The notes: a model not told the origin generated them from the letters alone. DNA of 64,000 nucleotides from Candidatus Danuiimicrobium aquiferis (GCA_001804285.1 MHFR01000068.1:34383-98382); one strand, 5' to 3'. Positions 1-9,489 are shown, counted from the stretch's first letter. Translations and numbers: made by a program.

Positions 1-2
1 AA

Positions 3-419
3 GAAGGAAGCCGTTCGAAGGAACGCTATTTTTCGCCGCGGGACAGATATAACGAGTGGAACATCGGCGATCAGCCGCCCGAGTTCTGGAACCAATTCAA
101 AACCGACTTTGCGCCGGGGACTCATCTTCGTATTCACCCGCTTCTGGATTGGACGGAATTAAATATTTGGGAATATATTGACCGTGAACATATTCCGATT
201 ACGTCGCTTTATTTTGATCAAGGGAAAGGCGTCCGTTACCGGTCTCTTGGCTGTTATCCATGCACGTGTCCTGTTCAATCGACGGCAAAAAATACAAAGG
301 AAATTATTGAAGAACTGAAAACCGGTAAATTTTCCAATATTGCGGAACGTGCCGGCCGTGCGCAAGACAAAGAAGATTCAGGCGGCCTGGAAACATTGCG
401 CCGCGAGGGGTATATGTAA
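3..419 (+). CDS. cysD: Sulfate adenylyltransferase subunit 2 (CysD), C-terminal part; the 5' end lies outside the window
   Basis: Frame-3 translation ...[29 protein letters not shown]...[11 protein letters not shown]...[12 protein letters not shown] matches the CysD C-terminus. The stop overlaps the next start as TAATG. Confidence 0.85.
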   Translation, partial: EGSRSKERYFSPRDRYNEWNIGDQPPEFWNQFKTDFAPGTHLRIHPLLDWTELNIWEYIDREHIPITSLYFDQGKGVRYRSLGCYPCTCPVQSTAKNTKEIIEELKTGKFSNIAERAGRAQDKEDSGGLETLRREGYM

Positions 420-2221
420 TGTCAAGAGAACAAATGAACATTGTCATTGTGGGGCATGTGGATCACGGAAAAAGTACCGTGATCGGCCGTTTGCTTTCGG
501 ACACAAACTCGCTTCCGGAAGGGAAATTGGAGCAGGTGAAGGCAACGTGTGCCCGCAATGCCAAGCCGTTTGAATACGCATTTTTACTGGATGCCTTGAA
601 AGATGAGCGTAGTCAGGGAATTACAATTGATATTGCGCGATGTTTTTTTAAAACAGCGAAACGTGATTATATCATTCTGGATGCGCCGGGGCATATTGAG
701 TTTCTGAAAAACATGGTGACCGGAGCTTCCCGCGCGGAAGCAGCCATCTTGGTCATTGATGCCAAGGAAGGGATCCGTGAAAATACGAAACGTCATGGCC
801 TTTTAATTTCCATGATTGGAATCAAACAGGTGATCGTGCTTGTGAACAAGATGGACCTTATGGAATATTCCCGGGATGTTTTCGAAAGCTTCGTACGGGA
901 TTACGGAAAATTTCTCTCGGAACTTAACGTCACACCGCTTTGTTATATTCCGGTTTCTGCGTTTTATGGCGATAATTTGGTTTCACGGTCTCCGCATATG
1001 CCTTGGTATGAGGGCCCGGACATGTTGAGTCAGTTGGACGTACTGACGAACAAAGAAATTCCCGTGAAACTTCCGTTCCGTTTTCCGGTTCAGGATATCT
1101 ATAAATTTACGGAGGAAGGCGATGACCGTAGAATTTTAGCGGGTACGGTTGAAACGGGTGAAATTCATGTCAATGATGAGGTGCTTTTTCTTCCATCAAG
1201 AAAGAAAAGCCGGATTCAATCAATAGAATTATTTAACGCACCGGTTTTCGAGCGCGCTCAGGCTGGTCAGGCCATAGGGTTTACGGTAACGACCCAGCTT
1301 TATATTCCGCCCGGCGAAATGATGGTTAAAGTTTCTGAGAACCGTTTGCCTAAAATAAGCTGCCGCTTCAAGGCGAATGTTTTCTGGGTCGGAAATACGC
1401 CAATGATCAAGGATAAGGTTTATAAACTTAAAGTTGCGACGGCACGGGTGCCCGTCAAATTAGCGGAAATTGTTCGCGTTGTGGATGCTGCCGACTTGAG
1501 CGCTATGGTGAGTCAGCAGGTGGTCAACCGGCACGATGTGGCAACCTGTATTTTTGAGACGCTCAAACCAATTGCCTACGATCTGGGTCAAGATATCGAA
1601 GGAACGAGCCGCTTTGTCATTGTGGATCATTATGAAATTGCAGGCGGTGGTGTCATTCTCGAAAGTTTGGAAGTTCAGGAAACGGATCTGGAGCGGCATG
1701 TGAAGGATCGTGAGTATCGTTGGGACCGTGGATATGTTTCCCGCGAAGAACGAAAAATCGCTTATTCGCATTGTGGAAAGTTTATTTTATTTACGGGACT
1801 CGACAAAGATGATCGTACGAAAGTACTGGCCAAAACGCTTGAAAGAAAACTGTTTGACAGTGGTTGCAAAGCCTATTACCTTGGTTTTGAAAATTTGGAA
1901 ACCGGCTTGGATGCGGACCAGAATTATGCCCAGGATAGCCGCGAGGAGAAGATCCGGCGGCTTGGCGAGTTAGGGAGAATTCTTACGGATTCGGGTCAAA
2001 TTTTTGTGACGACCATGCCCGATTTAGATGACTACGACATCGGAAATCTTAAAAAGTTGATCAGTCCGTATGAGGCGTTTGTGGTGAATGTGGGGACTTC
2101 GTCCTTTCAAGAATTTAAATCCGACTTAAATATTTCAAAAGCAGACGACCCGCGTGAGGCGATTAACCGGGTTTGCAAATTACTCAAAGAAAAAGAAATT
2201 ATCTTTGAGTATTCGATTTAA
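419..2221 (+). CDS. cysN: Sulfate adenylyltransferase subunit 1 (CysN GTPase) fused to a C-terminal APS-kinase-like domain with a degenerate P-loop
   Basis: N-terminal [10 protein letters not shown]1 motif and EF-Tu-like GTPase domain. The C-terminal ~160 aa resemble CysC ([10 protein letters not shown]), but the P-loop reads [11 protein letters not shown] instead of GLSGSGKST and the LDGD motif is LGFE. Confidence 0.85.
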   Translation: MSREQMNIVIVGHVDHGKSTVIGRLLSDTNSLPEGKLEQVKATCARNAKPFEYAFLLDALKDERSQGITIDIARCFFKTAKRDYIILDAPGHIEFLKNMVTGASRAEAAILVIDAKEGIRENTKRHGLLISMIGIKQVIVLVNKMDLMEYSRDVFESFVRDYGKFLSELNVTPLCYIPVSAFYGDNLVSRSPHMPWYEGPDMLSQLDVLTNKEIPVKLPFRFPVQDIYKFTEEGDDRRILAGTVETGEIHVNDEVLFLPSRKKSRIQSIELFNAPVFERAQAGQAIGFTVTTQLYIPPGEMMVKVSENRLPKISCRFKANVFWVGNTPMIKDKVYKLKVATARVPVKLAEIVRVVDAADLSAMVSQQVVNRHDVATCIFETLKPIAYDLGQDIEGTSRFVIVDHYEIAGGGVILESLEVQETDLERHVKDREYRWDRGYVSREERKIAYSHCGKFILFTGLDKDDRTKVLAKTLERKLFDSGCKAYYLGFENLETGLDADQNYAQDSREEKIRRLGELGRILTDSGQIFVTTMPDLDDYDIGNLKKLISPYEAFVVNVGTSSFQEFKSDLNISKADDPREAINRVCKLLKEKEIIFEYSI

Positions 2222-2256
2222 GTAATAGTACATAAATCATTGTGCATTTGAATATC

Positions 2257-2285
2257 CTGTCATTCCCGAATGCTGGAATGCACAA
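2257..2285 (+). repeat. Short palindromic element (tgtcattcccgaatgctggaatgcaca) after cysNC, sharing the tgtcattcccg 5' end of the repeat family
   Basis: Hairpin cattcc-cgaatgct-ggaatg nested in gtgcatt...aatgcac. The 11-mer tgtcattcccg is identical to the 5' ends of the repeat elements elsewhere in the window. Confidence 0.4.
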
Positions 2286-2350
2286 ATACTTATGCACTAT
2301 TACGTAGAGGTTCATTGGGGGCGGCTGGTTTTTTTTGAGACAATACGGAT

Positions 2351-3064
2351 ATGCGAAAAAATAAAGGGAAGGTTTTTTTAGTGGGATTCGGCCCAGGAGC
2401 GCCGGACTTGATCACGCGCCGGGGCGAGGAAGCGCTGTCGCGCGCGGAGGTGATTTTTTATGATCATTGGGTGGATCGCCGTTATCTCAGAAAATTCCAG
2501 GCTGAAAAAATTTATGTCGGCAAGCAAAAAGGGAAACACGGAAGGCCCCAGGATGAGATAAATGAGCTCTTGTATCAAGCTGCCCGGGACGGGAAATGCA
2601 TTGTACGGTTAAAGGGAGGTGACCCCTTTATTTTTGGACGGGGCGGCGAAGAACAGGAATATCTGGAAGCGCGATCAATAAGGGTTGTCGTCATCCCGGG
2701 CGTGACTGCAGCGCTTGCGGCAGCGGCGTGTGCCGGGATTCCGTTAACGCATCGAGGGGTTTCTTCTTCTGTTGCCTTTTGTGCAGGGCATCCGACAGAT
2801 AAAATTCAGACACCATGCGTTGATACAATTGTTTATTATATGGCCGGATCCAACGCTATGGAAATTATGGACCGGTTGATTCGGAATGGATGGGATAAAG
2901 AAACGCCGGTGGCATTTATTAGCAATGCAACGCTTCCCATGGAGAAAATAAGGATAAGCACTTTGGAAAAAGAAATCGGAAAGCAAAAGAGAGTTCAGAC
3001 GCCGCTGATCATGATTGTGGGGAAAACCGTTGGCATGGCAAAAGAACCCGAAAAAGAGGAATGA
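2351..3064 (+). CDS. cobA: Uroporphyrinogen-III C-methyltransferase (SUMT) for siroheme synthesis
   Basis: FLVGFGPGAPDLIT, RLKGGDPFIFGRGGEE and VVIPGVTAALAAAACAGIPLTHRG are diagnostic SUMT motifs. Confidence 0.85.
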   Translation: MRKNKGKVFLVGFGPGAPDLITRRGEEALSRAEVIFYDHWVDRRYLRKFQAEKIYVGKQKGKHGRPQDEINELLYQAARDGKCIVRLKGGDPFIFGRGGEEQEYLEARSIRVVVIPGVTAALAAAACAGIPLTHRGVSSSVAFCAGHPTDKIQTPCVDTIVYYMAGSNAMEIMDRLIRNGWDKETPVAFISNATLPMEKIRISTLEKEIGKQKRVQTPLIMIVGKTVGMAKEPEKEE

Positions 3065-3068
3065 AAAT

Positions 3069-3542
3069 TTGAAATATTATCCTGTCTGTTTGAATTTGGT
3101 TCGTCAAAACGTATTGATTGCGGGTGCGGGGCAAGTAGCCGAACGCAAGATCAAGGCCCTTTTGAAATTTAAGCCTCGCCTTAAGGTGGTTTCGCCCTTG
3201 GCGGTACCGGCTATTATTCAATTGGCCCGGAATCGAAAATTAGATTGGTTAAAAAGGAAATATCAAACATCGGATCTTAATCAAGTTGTTTTGGTGGTAG
3301 CCGCGACTTCAGATCGGGCAACGAATGGGAAAATAAGTCGGGATGCAAAAAAGAAAAAAATTTTGGTGAATGTAGTTGACGAATCCCGGCTAAGCAATTT
3401 TATTTCGCCGGCTGTTTTTCAAAAAGGAAAAGTGATTGTTGCAGTATCCACCGATGGCCGCGAGCCAAAACTATCGAGGGATCTTAAAAATTTTATTAAG
3501 GAATATTGGGATGAATTTTTATCGTTTCGGCGTAGAGGATAG
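3069..3542 (+). CDS. sirC: Precorrin-2 dehydrogenase / sirohydrochlorin ferrochelatase (SirC/Met8-like Rossmann domain). The start codon is uncertain (TTG 3069 or TTG 3096).
   Basis: VLIAGAGQVAERKIKALLKF Rossmann motif typical of the CysG N-domain/SirC. The ORF-track M at 3015 overlaps cobA, and an AGAGGA RBS precedes TTG 3069. Confidence 0.6.
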   Translation: MKYYPVCLNLVRQNVLIAGAGQVAERKIKALLKFKPRLKVVSPLAVPAIIQLARNRKLDWLKRKYQTSDLNQVVLVVAATSDRATNGKISRDAKKKKILVNVVDESRLSNFISPAVFQKGKVIVAVSTDGREPKLSRDLKNFIKEYWDEFLSFRRRG

Positions 3543-3594
3543 GACTATATAATTATTAGTGTAATTATTAGTGTTGCACACGGAGGATTAAAAA

Positions 3595-3834
3595 ATGAAA
3601 ATTAAAGTGAACGGCAAAGATCAAGTCATCGATGCGGCATCGCTGACTGTGACGGAATTATTGAAGACAGTCAAGGTGGAATCTCCGGAAATGGTATCGG
3701 TTCAGCTGAACGGAGAATTCCTGAGCAAGGAACATTTTGCTAATAAATATGTGAAAGATGCGGACGAAGTTGATTTCTTGTATTTTATGGCCGGTGGAAT
3801 TGAGGAACTTCCCGTATCGGAATGGAGAAAATGA
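3595..3834 (+). CDS. ThiS/MoaD-family sulfur-carrier protein (HcyS/CysO-like) with an 11-aa extension after the Gly-Gly
   Basis: 79 aa with a beta-grasp-like sequence ...DEVDFLYFMAGG followed by IEELPVSEWRK. A GGAGG RBS precedes it. It is co-operonic with MetY, a ThiF-like E1 and a JAMM protease. Confidence 0.75.
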   Translation: MKIKVNGKDQVIDAASLTVTELLKTVKVESPEMVSVQLNGEFLSKEHFANKYVKDADEVDFLYFMAGGIEELPVSEWRK

Positions 3835-5069
3835 TGAAAGATTTACGTTTTATTACTAAAATTTTGCATACGAAATATTTAAGAGAAGATTCTCACGGAT
3901 CGTTGCATATGCCGGTCTATGACAATGTGACTTTTGAATTTAAAACCGCCGAAGATTTGGAACTTGCGTTTCAGGGGAAAAAGCCATCTCATATGTATTC
4001 GCGCATCAGCAACCCGACGATTGAACATTTTGAACAGAGGATTAAGTCGGTGACTGGTGCTGTTGGCGTGTTAGCCCTTTCTTCCGGTATGGCTGCTATT
4101 TCTAATACCTTTTTAACCATTGCGAAGGCACAGGATAATATCATTACGAGCAAGCATCTTTTTGGGAACACATATTCTTTATTTGAATATACGTTGAGAG
4201 ATTGGGGTTTGGAAACGCGGTATACGGATTTAACAAAGCCTGATCAAGTTGCTCGCCTAATCGATCATAAGACCAAAGCGATATTTTTGGAGACCATTAC
4301 GAATCCTCAGCTTGAAGTGGCGGATATCAAAGCTTTGTCTGAGATAGCGAAGGCTAAAAACATTTTGCTAATTGCGGATACAACCCTGACGCCGCCCTAT
4401 CTTTTTTCTGCGAGAGAATTTGGTGTAGATATTGAAACCCTCTCAAGTACCAAATGGATTTCCGGAGGGGCGACCAGCGTTGGTGGGTTAATCATCGATC
4501 ATGGTCTTTATGACTGGAAACAAAACGAAAAGTTGCGGCGGGACGTTAATAAATATGGTCCATTTACTTTCATGACCCGCCTCAGGCGCGAAGTTTACCG
4601 GAATATCGGAGCCTGTATGTCACCTCATAATGCGTATCTGCAGAGTTTGGGGCTTGAAACGCTGGCATTACGGCTCGATCAGGCTTGCGTGAACACACTC
4701 AAGATTGCCGGGTTTTTAAAAGAGTCTTCCCACGTATCATCGGTGAATTATCCTGGCCTCAGGGATTCTATTTATTATGAGATTGCGGGAAAACAATTTG
4801 GCGAAAAGTCGGGAGCACTTTTAACGTTTGATTTGACATCGAAAAATCAGTGTTTTAAATTCATGAATAAATTGCAGCTGATTAGAAGAGCCACAAACTT
4901 GCATGACAACAAGACGCTGATTATACATCCGGCATCAACAATTTTTTGTGAGTACGATGACAAGCTTAAACAGGAAATGGGTGTTCGGGATACGATGCTC
5001 AGGCTCGCGGTGGGAATTGAGGACAGCCGGGATTTAATTACTGATATTCAACAGGCGCTGGAGGGATGA
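3822..5069 (+). CDS. metY: O-acetylhomoserine sulfhydrylase (PLP-dependent Cys/Met-metabolism enzyme, MetY-like)
   Basis: SRISNPT, VLALSSGMAAI and the TLSSTKWISGG PLP-lysine region. Its start overlaps the carrier-protein stop. Confidence 0.8.
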   Translation: MEKMMKDLRFITKILHTKYLREDSHGSLHMPVYDNVTFEFKTAEDLELAFQGKKPSHMYSRISNPTIEHFEQRIKSVTGAVGVLALSSGMAAISNTFLTIAKAQDNIITSKHLFGNTYSLFEYTLRDWGLETRYTDLTKPDQVARLIDHKTKAIFLETITNPQLEVADIKALSEIAKAKNILLIADTTLTPPYLFSAREFGVDIETLSSTKWISGGATSVGGLIIDHGLYDWKQNEKLRRDVNKYGPFTFMTRLRREVYRNIGACMSPHNAYLQSLGLETLALRLDQACVNTLKIAGFLKESSHVSSVNYPGLRDSIYYEIAGKQFGEKSGALLTFDLTSKNQCFKFMNKLQLIRRATNLHDNKTLIIHPASTIFCEYDDKLKQEMGVRDTMLRLAVGIEDSRDLITDIQQALEG

Positions 5070-5890
5070 TCATGAATTTTAACGAGGAACAGATAGAAAG
5101 ATATAGCCGCCATATTATCTTGAAGGATGTCGGGGTTGAGGGACAGGAAAAAATGATGGCCGGGAAAGTTTTAATTATAGGAACCGGCGGGTTGGGAGCG
5201 CCGGCGGCATTATATTTAGCAGCGGCAGGAGTCGGTGTCATCGGTTTGGTTGATGCGGACAATGTCGAGTTGTCAAATTTACAGCGGCAGGTCATTCACT
5301 TCACCCCTGATGTGAATAAACCCAAGGTGATTTCCGCTAAGGAGAAGATTGAAGCGATCAATCCGGATGTGAAAGTGGTAACGTACCACACGAAAGTGTT
5401 TTCCGAAAATATTACCGGTATCATAAAAGATTATGATTTTGTCATTGACGGGACGGACAACTTTGCGGCCAAATTCCTGATTAACGATGCTTGCGTATTT
5501 GCAGCAAAACCTTTTTCGCACGGTGCAATTTTGCGTTTTAGCGGGCAAACGATTACATATGTGCCGGGCAGTACCTGTTATCGCTGTATTTTTCTAACGC
5601 CGCCGCCGACAGATGCGGTACCCAATTGTTCGCAGGCTGGCATTTTGGGCGCAGTCGCCGGGATGCTTGGAACGATACAGGCTACCGAAGCACTCAAGTT
5701 TCTGATAAAAAAGGGAGAACTTCTTCAAAATCGGCTTCTTACTTTTGATGCTTTGGATATGAAATTTCGAGAAGTTGCCGTTACACGGAATCCTCGCTGC
5801 CCGATTTGCGGGGAAAACCCTTCGATTAAAAAGTTGATTGACGAGGCTCAGCCCGTGTGTAGTTTGAAAAATAAAAATAAGAAAACGTAA
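5066..5890 (+). CDS. ThiF/MoeB/HcyF-family E1-like adenylyltransferase for the sulfur carrier protein
   Basis: RYSRHIIL..VGVEGQ, the VLIIGTGGLGAPAALYLAAAGVG nucleotide-binding loop, and C-terminal CxxC...CPIC zinc motifs. Confidence 0.8.
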   Translation: MIMNFNEEQIERYSRHIILKDVGVEGQEKMMAGKVLIIGTGGLGAPAALYLAAAGVGVIGLVDADNVELSNLQRQVIHFTPDVNKPKVISAKEKIEAINPDVKVVTYHTKVFSENITGIIKDYDFVIDGTDNFAAKFLINDACVFAAKPFSHGAILRFSGQTITYVPGSTCYRCIFLTPPPTDAVPNCSQAGILGAVAGMLGTIQATEALKFLIKKGELLQNRLLTFDALDMKFREVAVTRNPRCPICGENPSIKKLIDEAQPVCSLKNKNKKT

Positions 5891-5894
5891 TCCC

Positions 5895-6302
5895 ATGAAA
5901 ATAGAAAAACAGATTATCGAACAATTAATTGCTCATGCAAAAAAGGAAGCGCCGCTTGAAGCATGCGGGTACCTCGCTGGGCGTGACCATGTGATAACAG
6001 TTTCTTATGAATTAACCAATCAGGATCAGAGTAGTGAACATTTTTCCTTTGATCCGAAGGAACAATTTTCAGCGGTTAAAGATGCGAGGCAAAAAGGGTT
6101 TGAAATTTACGCAGTCTATCATAGTCATCCGGCCAGTCCCGCGCGTCCTTCTGCCGAAGATATCAAGTTAGCTTATGATCCGGACATACTGTATTTCATC
6201 GTTTCTTTGGCTTCAGGACGAGAAGATGTCCGCGCGTTTGAAATTAAAAACAAGCAAGTTGAATCGGTGAATTTGGAGGTTATTCATCATGAAGGGGTAT
6301 AG
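5895..6302 (+). CDS. JAMM/MPN+ metalloprotease (Mec+/HcyD-like) that trims the carrier-protein C-terminus
   Basis: EACGYL...HSHPASPARPSAED matches the JAMM motif E...HxHx7Sx2D. It is 135 aa and sits adjacent to the ThiF-like gene. Confidence 0.8.
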   Translation: MKIEKQIIEQLIAHAKKEAPLEACGYLAGRDHVITVSYELTNQDQSSEHFSFDPKEQFSAVKDARQKGFEIYAVYHSHPASPARPSAEDIKLAYDPDILYFIVSLASGREDVRAFEIKNKQVESVNLEVIHHEGV

Positions 6303-8664
6303 CATCCCGCCTCAATTAGACGGCGAAATTAACCAGCTTGAGAAACTGATTGAAAAATTCAAGCGCGGCGAAATCACGGCTGTGGAGGTGAAAGCCCATC
6401 GTGTGCCTTTCGGGGTATATGAGCAAAGGGAGTCAGACACGTATATGATGAGAATCCGCTGTGTCGCGGGAATGATCAGCCCTTTGCAATTGGAAAAAGT
6501 TGCCGGGATTGCGACACAATACGGCATCCGTGATATTCATATTACGACCCGGCAAGAACTTCAGATCCATTATGTCAAATTGGAATATCTTGTAGCCATG
6601 ATAAGACAGTTGAAAGAAATTGGCCTGGCCACTAGAGGCGGTGGCGGAAATACCGTGAGAAATATTGTTGCACAGGAGGATGCCGGCATTAATCCTTTGG
6701 AGGAATTTGATGTTTCGCCTTACGCTTTGGCATTGACGAGCCGGATGATTGCCGAGAGTGATTCGTGGAATCTTCCGCGGAAATTTAAAATCGCCTTTTC
6801 CGGCTCATCAGAAGACAAAGGATATGCGACGATTGCCGATGTTGGTTTTATTGCCAAAATAAAAGACGGTAAAAAAGGGTTCAAAGTTTATGCGGCGGGT
6901 GGGTTGGGCGCGAAATCCGAAGTGGGTAAACTTCTTTTGGAATTTATCGGGGCGGACGAAGTATTCGCAGTCACAAAGGCTTTGAAGAATGTTTTTTTCA
7001 AATACGGCAATCGTAAGAACAAACACGCGGCACGCCTTCGGTTTTTATGGCAGAGCCTTGGCGACGAGGAATTCAGAAAAAAATTCCAGGAAGAATATAA
7101 AAAAAACAAACAGGATGAGGTTTTGCCGTTAGTTATCGAGGAAATAGAAAGTGAAGGTGTTTCTGACAAGCTATTGCCAGAAGAACCTGAAAGCGTATCC
7201 GATTTTACATTGTGGAAGGGACGATATGTCAAGACACAGAAGCAGGCGGATTTCGTCTCGATAATGATTCCTGTGGAGTTGGGTTTCATTTCGTCCGACC
7301 AAGCAAGAAAATTAGGGCATTTTCTCGCTCCATTCGGCGATAACGTGCTACGAATGACGAAGAATCAGAATTTTCTGCTAAGAAATATCCCCAAGAAGTA
7401 TTTAGGCAATATATACAATTTTTTAAAAGATATTTTTCATGGAATCAGCCGTCCGACGATTTACGGAAAGATTTTATCTTGCGCCGGGGCAGCCACATGC
7501 CAGTTGGGGATTTGTTTGTCACGCCAGGCAGCCAAAGCCGTCATGAAAGATCTTGGAGAAAGCGGTCTCAATTTGGACGATGCGGGAGATATTAAGATTA
7601 ATATTTCCGGTTGCCCCAACTGTTGCGGACAGCATCTGGCGGCTGATCTTGGGTTTTCCGGGAAAGCCTTGCGGAAAGAAGGACGGTTATATGCTGCCTA
7701 TAATGTTTTTGCGGGAGCTGTTATTTATGATGGCCGGACGAAATTTGCTGAACACGTCGGAGAAATTGCTGCGAAACATATGCCGGCTTTTGTGAAAGAT
7801 TTTCTGAACATCTATTTATTCAAAACGAAACAATATAAAAACATTCAAGAATATCTCCTGCGAGAGGGGACGAAAGAATTAAAAAAGCTTTGCCTTCATT
7901 ATAAAGGAATACCCGGTTTTGAAGAAGACAAAAACTTTTATTTCGACTGGGATGCCGACAGCTTGTTTTCACTCGCCGAACGCCGGGCGGGTGAATGTTC
8001 TGCCGGTTTTTTTGACTTGATTCAAGTGGATTTGAATCATATTCATGAAACACGGAAGATACTTGCGGCCGAACAGACTGGTGAGACCGAGAAAAAGAAA
8101 CTTCTGTATGATCTTATATTTTATTCGTGCAGAATGCTCCTGATTACCCGTGGCATTGAGCCGAAAAATGAAAGCGAAGTTTTCGAAACATTTCAGAAAC
8201 ATTTTATCGATACGGGTTTTATCGCTGTGGCGTTTAAAGAGTTGATGACTTTAGCTCTACATAAGAATTACCAAACATTGCTGGATCGGGAAAACGATGT
8301 GTCCCGTTTTTCGAAAGACGTGGAAGCGCTATATGAGAATATGGATAATAGCTTCAATTTTAAAAGGCCTGCTCCTGAGTTTGTTACACATGAAAGTGAA
8401 AGAGTTGTTTCTTCAAAAGAAAAAGCTGCTGATCGTCCGGCGGTGCTGAAAGATTTACGAGGAGTTGTTTGTCCCTTAAATTTTGTGAAAACGAAAATTG
8501 AACTTTCTAAACTGAAACCGGGTGATATTCTGGAAATATGGCTTGATGACGGCGAGCCCATCGAAAATGTGCCCGGTTCTGTAAAAGCCGAAGGTCATGA
8601 GATTGTTGAGAGAAAGAAAATAGGCGATCATTGGTCAGTGATCATCGAGAAAAAGGTGACATAA
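6289..8664 (+). CDS. sir: Assimilatory (ferredoxin-type) sulfite reductase hemoprotein with an inserted middle domain and a C-terminal TusA-like sulfur-transfer domain
   Basis: Nitrite/sulfite reductase ferredoxin-like half-domains. Siroheme/4Fe-4S cysteines CAGAATCQLGIC...GCPNCCGQH. C-terminal 80 aa LRGVVCPLNFVKTKIELSKLKPGDILEIWLDDGEPIENVP resemble TusA (CPxP-type motif). Confidence 0.8.
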   Translation: MKGYSIPPQLDGEINQLEKLIEKFKRGEITAVEVKAHRVPFGVYEQRESDTYMMRIRCVAGMISPLQLEKVAGIATQYGIRDIHITTRQELQIHYVKLEYLVAMIRQLKEIGLATRGGGGNTVRNIVAQEDAGINPLEEFDVSPYALALTSRMIAESDSWNLPRKFKIAFSGSSEDKGYATIADVGFIAKIKDGKKGFKVYAAGGLGAKSEVGKLLLEFIGADEVFAVTKALKNVFFKYGNRKNKHAARLRFLWQSLGDEEFRKKFQEEYKKNKQDEVLPLVIEEIESEGVSDKLLPEEPESVSDFTLWKGRYVKTQKQADFVSIMIPVELGFISSDQARKLGHFLAPFGDNVLRMTKNQNFLLRNIPKKYLGNIYNFLKDIFHGISRPTIYGKILSCAGAATCQLGICLSRQAAKAVMKDLGESGLNLDDAGDIKINISGCPNCCGQHLAADLGFSGKALRKEGRLYAAYNVFAGAVIYDGRTKFAEHVGEIAAKHMPAFVKDFLNIYLFKTKQYKNIQEYLLREGTKELKKLCLHYKGIPGFEEDKNFYFDWDADSLFSLAERRAGECSAGFFDLIQVDLNHIHETRKILAAEQTGETEKKKLLYDLIFYSCRMLLITRGIEPKNESEVFETFQKHFIDTGFIAVAFKELMTLALHKNYQTLLDRENDVSRFSKDVEALYENMDNSFNFKRPAPEFVTHESERVVSSKEKAADRPAVLKDLRGVVCPLNFVKTKIELSKLKPGDILEIWLDDGEPIENVPGSVKAEGHEIVERKKIGDHWSVIIEKKVT

Positions 8665-8744
8665 AAAAAGGAAAAGTATATTTAATCAGCGCCGGGCCAT
8701 ATCTCAGCTTATTCGCAGAGAAAGATTAATGCGTGGATGGTCTG

Positions 8745-8933
8745 ATAAGGCCAACGCAGGAAAAATGTTGTGCGGCTGAAAAATGGTGATCCTTTTATTT
8801 TCAGCTGGATCTCTCAGGAAATGGAAGCCTTGCGGGAAAGTCATATCGGGTTTGAAGTCGTTCCGAGAATTACTGCAGTTCAAACAGCCGCGGTTTTTCC
8901 GGGCAGCTTTGACCAACACGCTTTATGCAGCTG
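8745..8933 (+). pseudogene. Remnant of a second SUMT (cobA/cysG-like) gene
   Basis: One frame reads KNVVRLKNGDPFIFSWISQEMEALRESHIGFEVVPRITAVQTAAVFPGSF, which matches the SUMT core (VRLKGGDPFIFGRGGEE...VVPGVTAA). It has no start, is frameshifted upstream and truncated downstream. Confidence 0.6.
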
Positions 8934-9416
8934 ATGAGGCCGGAAATTGACGATTCCGCGATAGAAACCTGAGGCGAACAAAATGGGTTCATCTATTGAG
9001 GAGTCTTTTTTTATTTCCGAGTGTGAGCTCGGTCGTTCTATCCCGGCGTATTTGTGTCGTTTCTGTGAAAGCAGGAATACGCGTAAAGGGCAGGAATGAC
9101 AAAAACGACAACAACTTAACGAATCCCAACCCGATTAATTCTTTACCAGCGATTTGTTTAAAAATTTCCAATAGGATTTTGGCAAGGCTGAAACTTTTTT
9201 TACGCCCGTCCCCTTGGGGGGGGGGAATATCATTGTAATTTGTGGTTTGAAAAAAACCGAGGACAGTTGTGAAGCATTTACTTGAAAAAAGATTAATTTC
9301 GTGTAATATCTCCGTTGTAAAATTTTCTCCTAATATTGTCATAAAATATTCGCTCAAGAGGCGAAAATTTTGGCACAAATTGGGCACAAGCGATTTTTGT
9401 TCTTTTCAATTTTTTT

Positions 9417-9451
9417 TGTCATTCCCACGCGCTCTTAGCGGGAATCCATGG
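9417..9451 (+). repeat. MITE-like repeat element, degenerate copy (5' hairpin only)
   Basis: tgtcattcccacgcgctcttagcgggaatccatgg matches the 5' module of the tgtcattcccgc...gcgggaatcc family. Confidence 0.5.
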
Positions 9452-9489
9452 TTACAGATTCCCGATAAAAGCACGGCGGAGCAGTGCAG

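Noticed and set aside
340-573. 77-aa ORF spanning the cysD/cysN junction
   Set aside because: It lies in an alternative frame overlapping two well-supported genes. Its product is Cys/Arg-rich with no motif. It is a frame artefact.
1460-1771. Antisense ORFs inside cysN
   Set aside because: These are typical shadow ORFs opposite a strongly supported coding region. Similar ones are seen opposite nearly every large gene here. None were annotated.
2300-2340. gggggcggctgg followed by tttttttt after cysNC, considered as an intrinsic terminator
   Set aside because: No complementary upstream arm is present to form a stem, so the T-run alone is insufficient.
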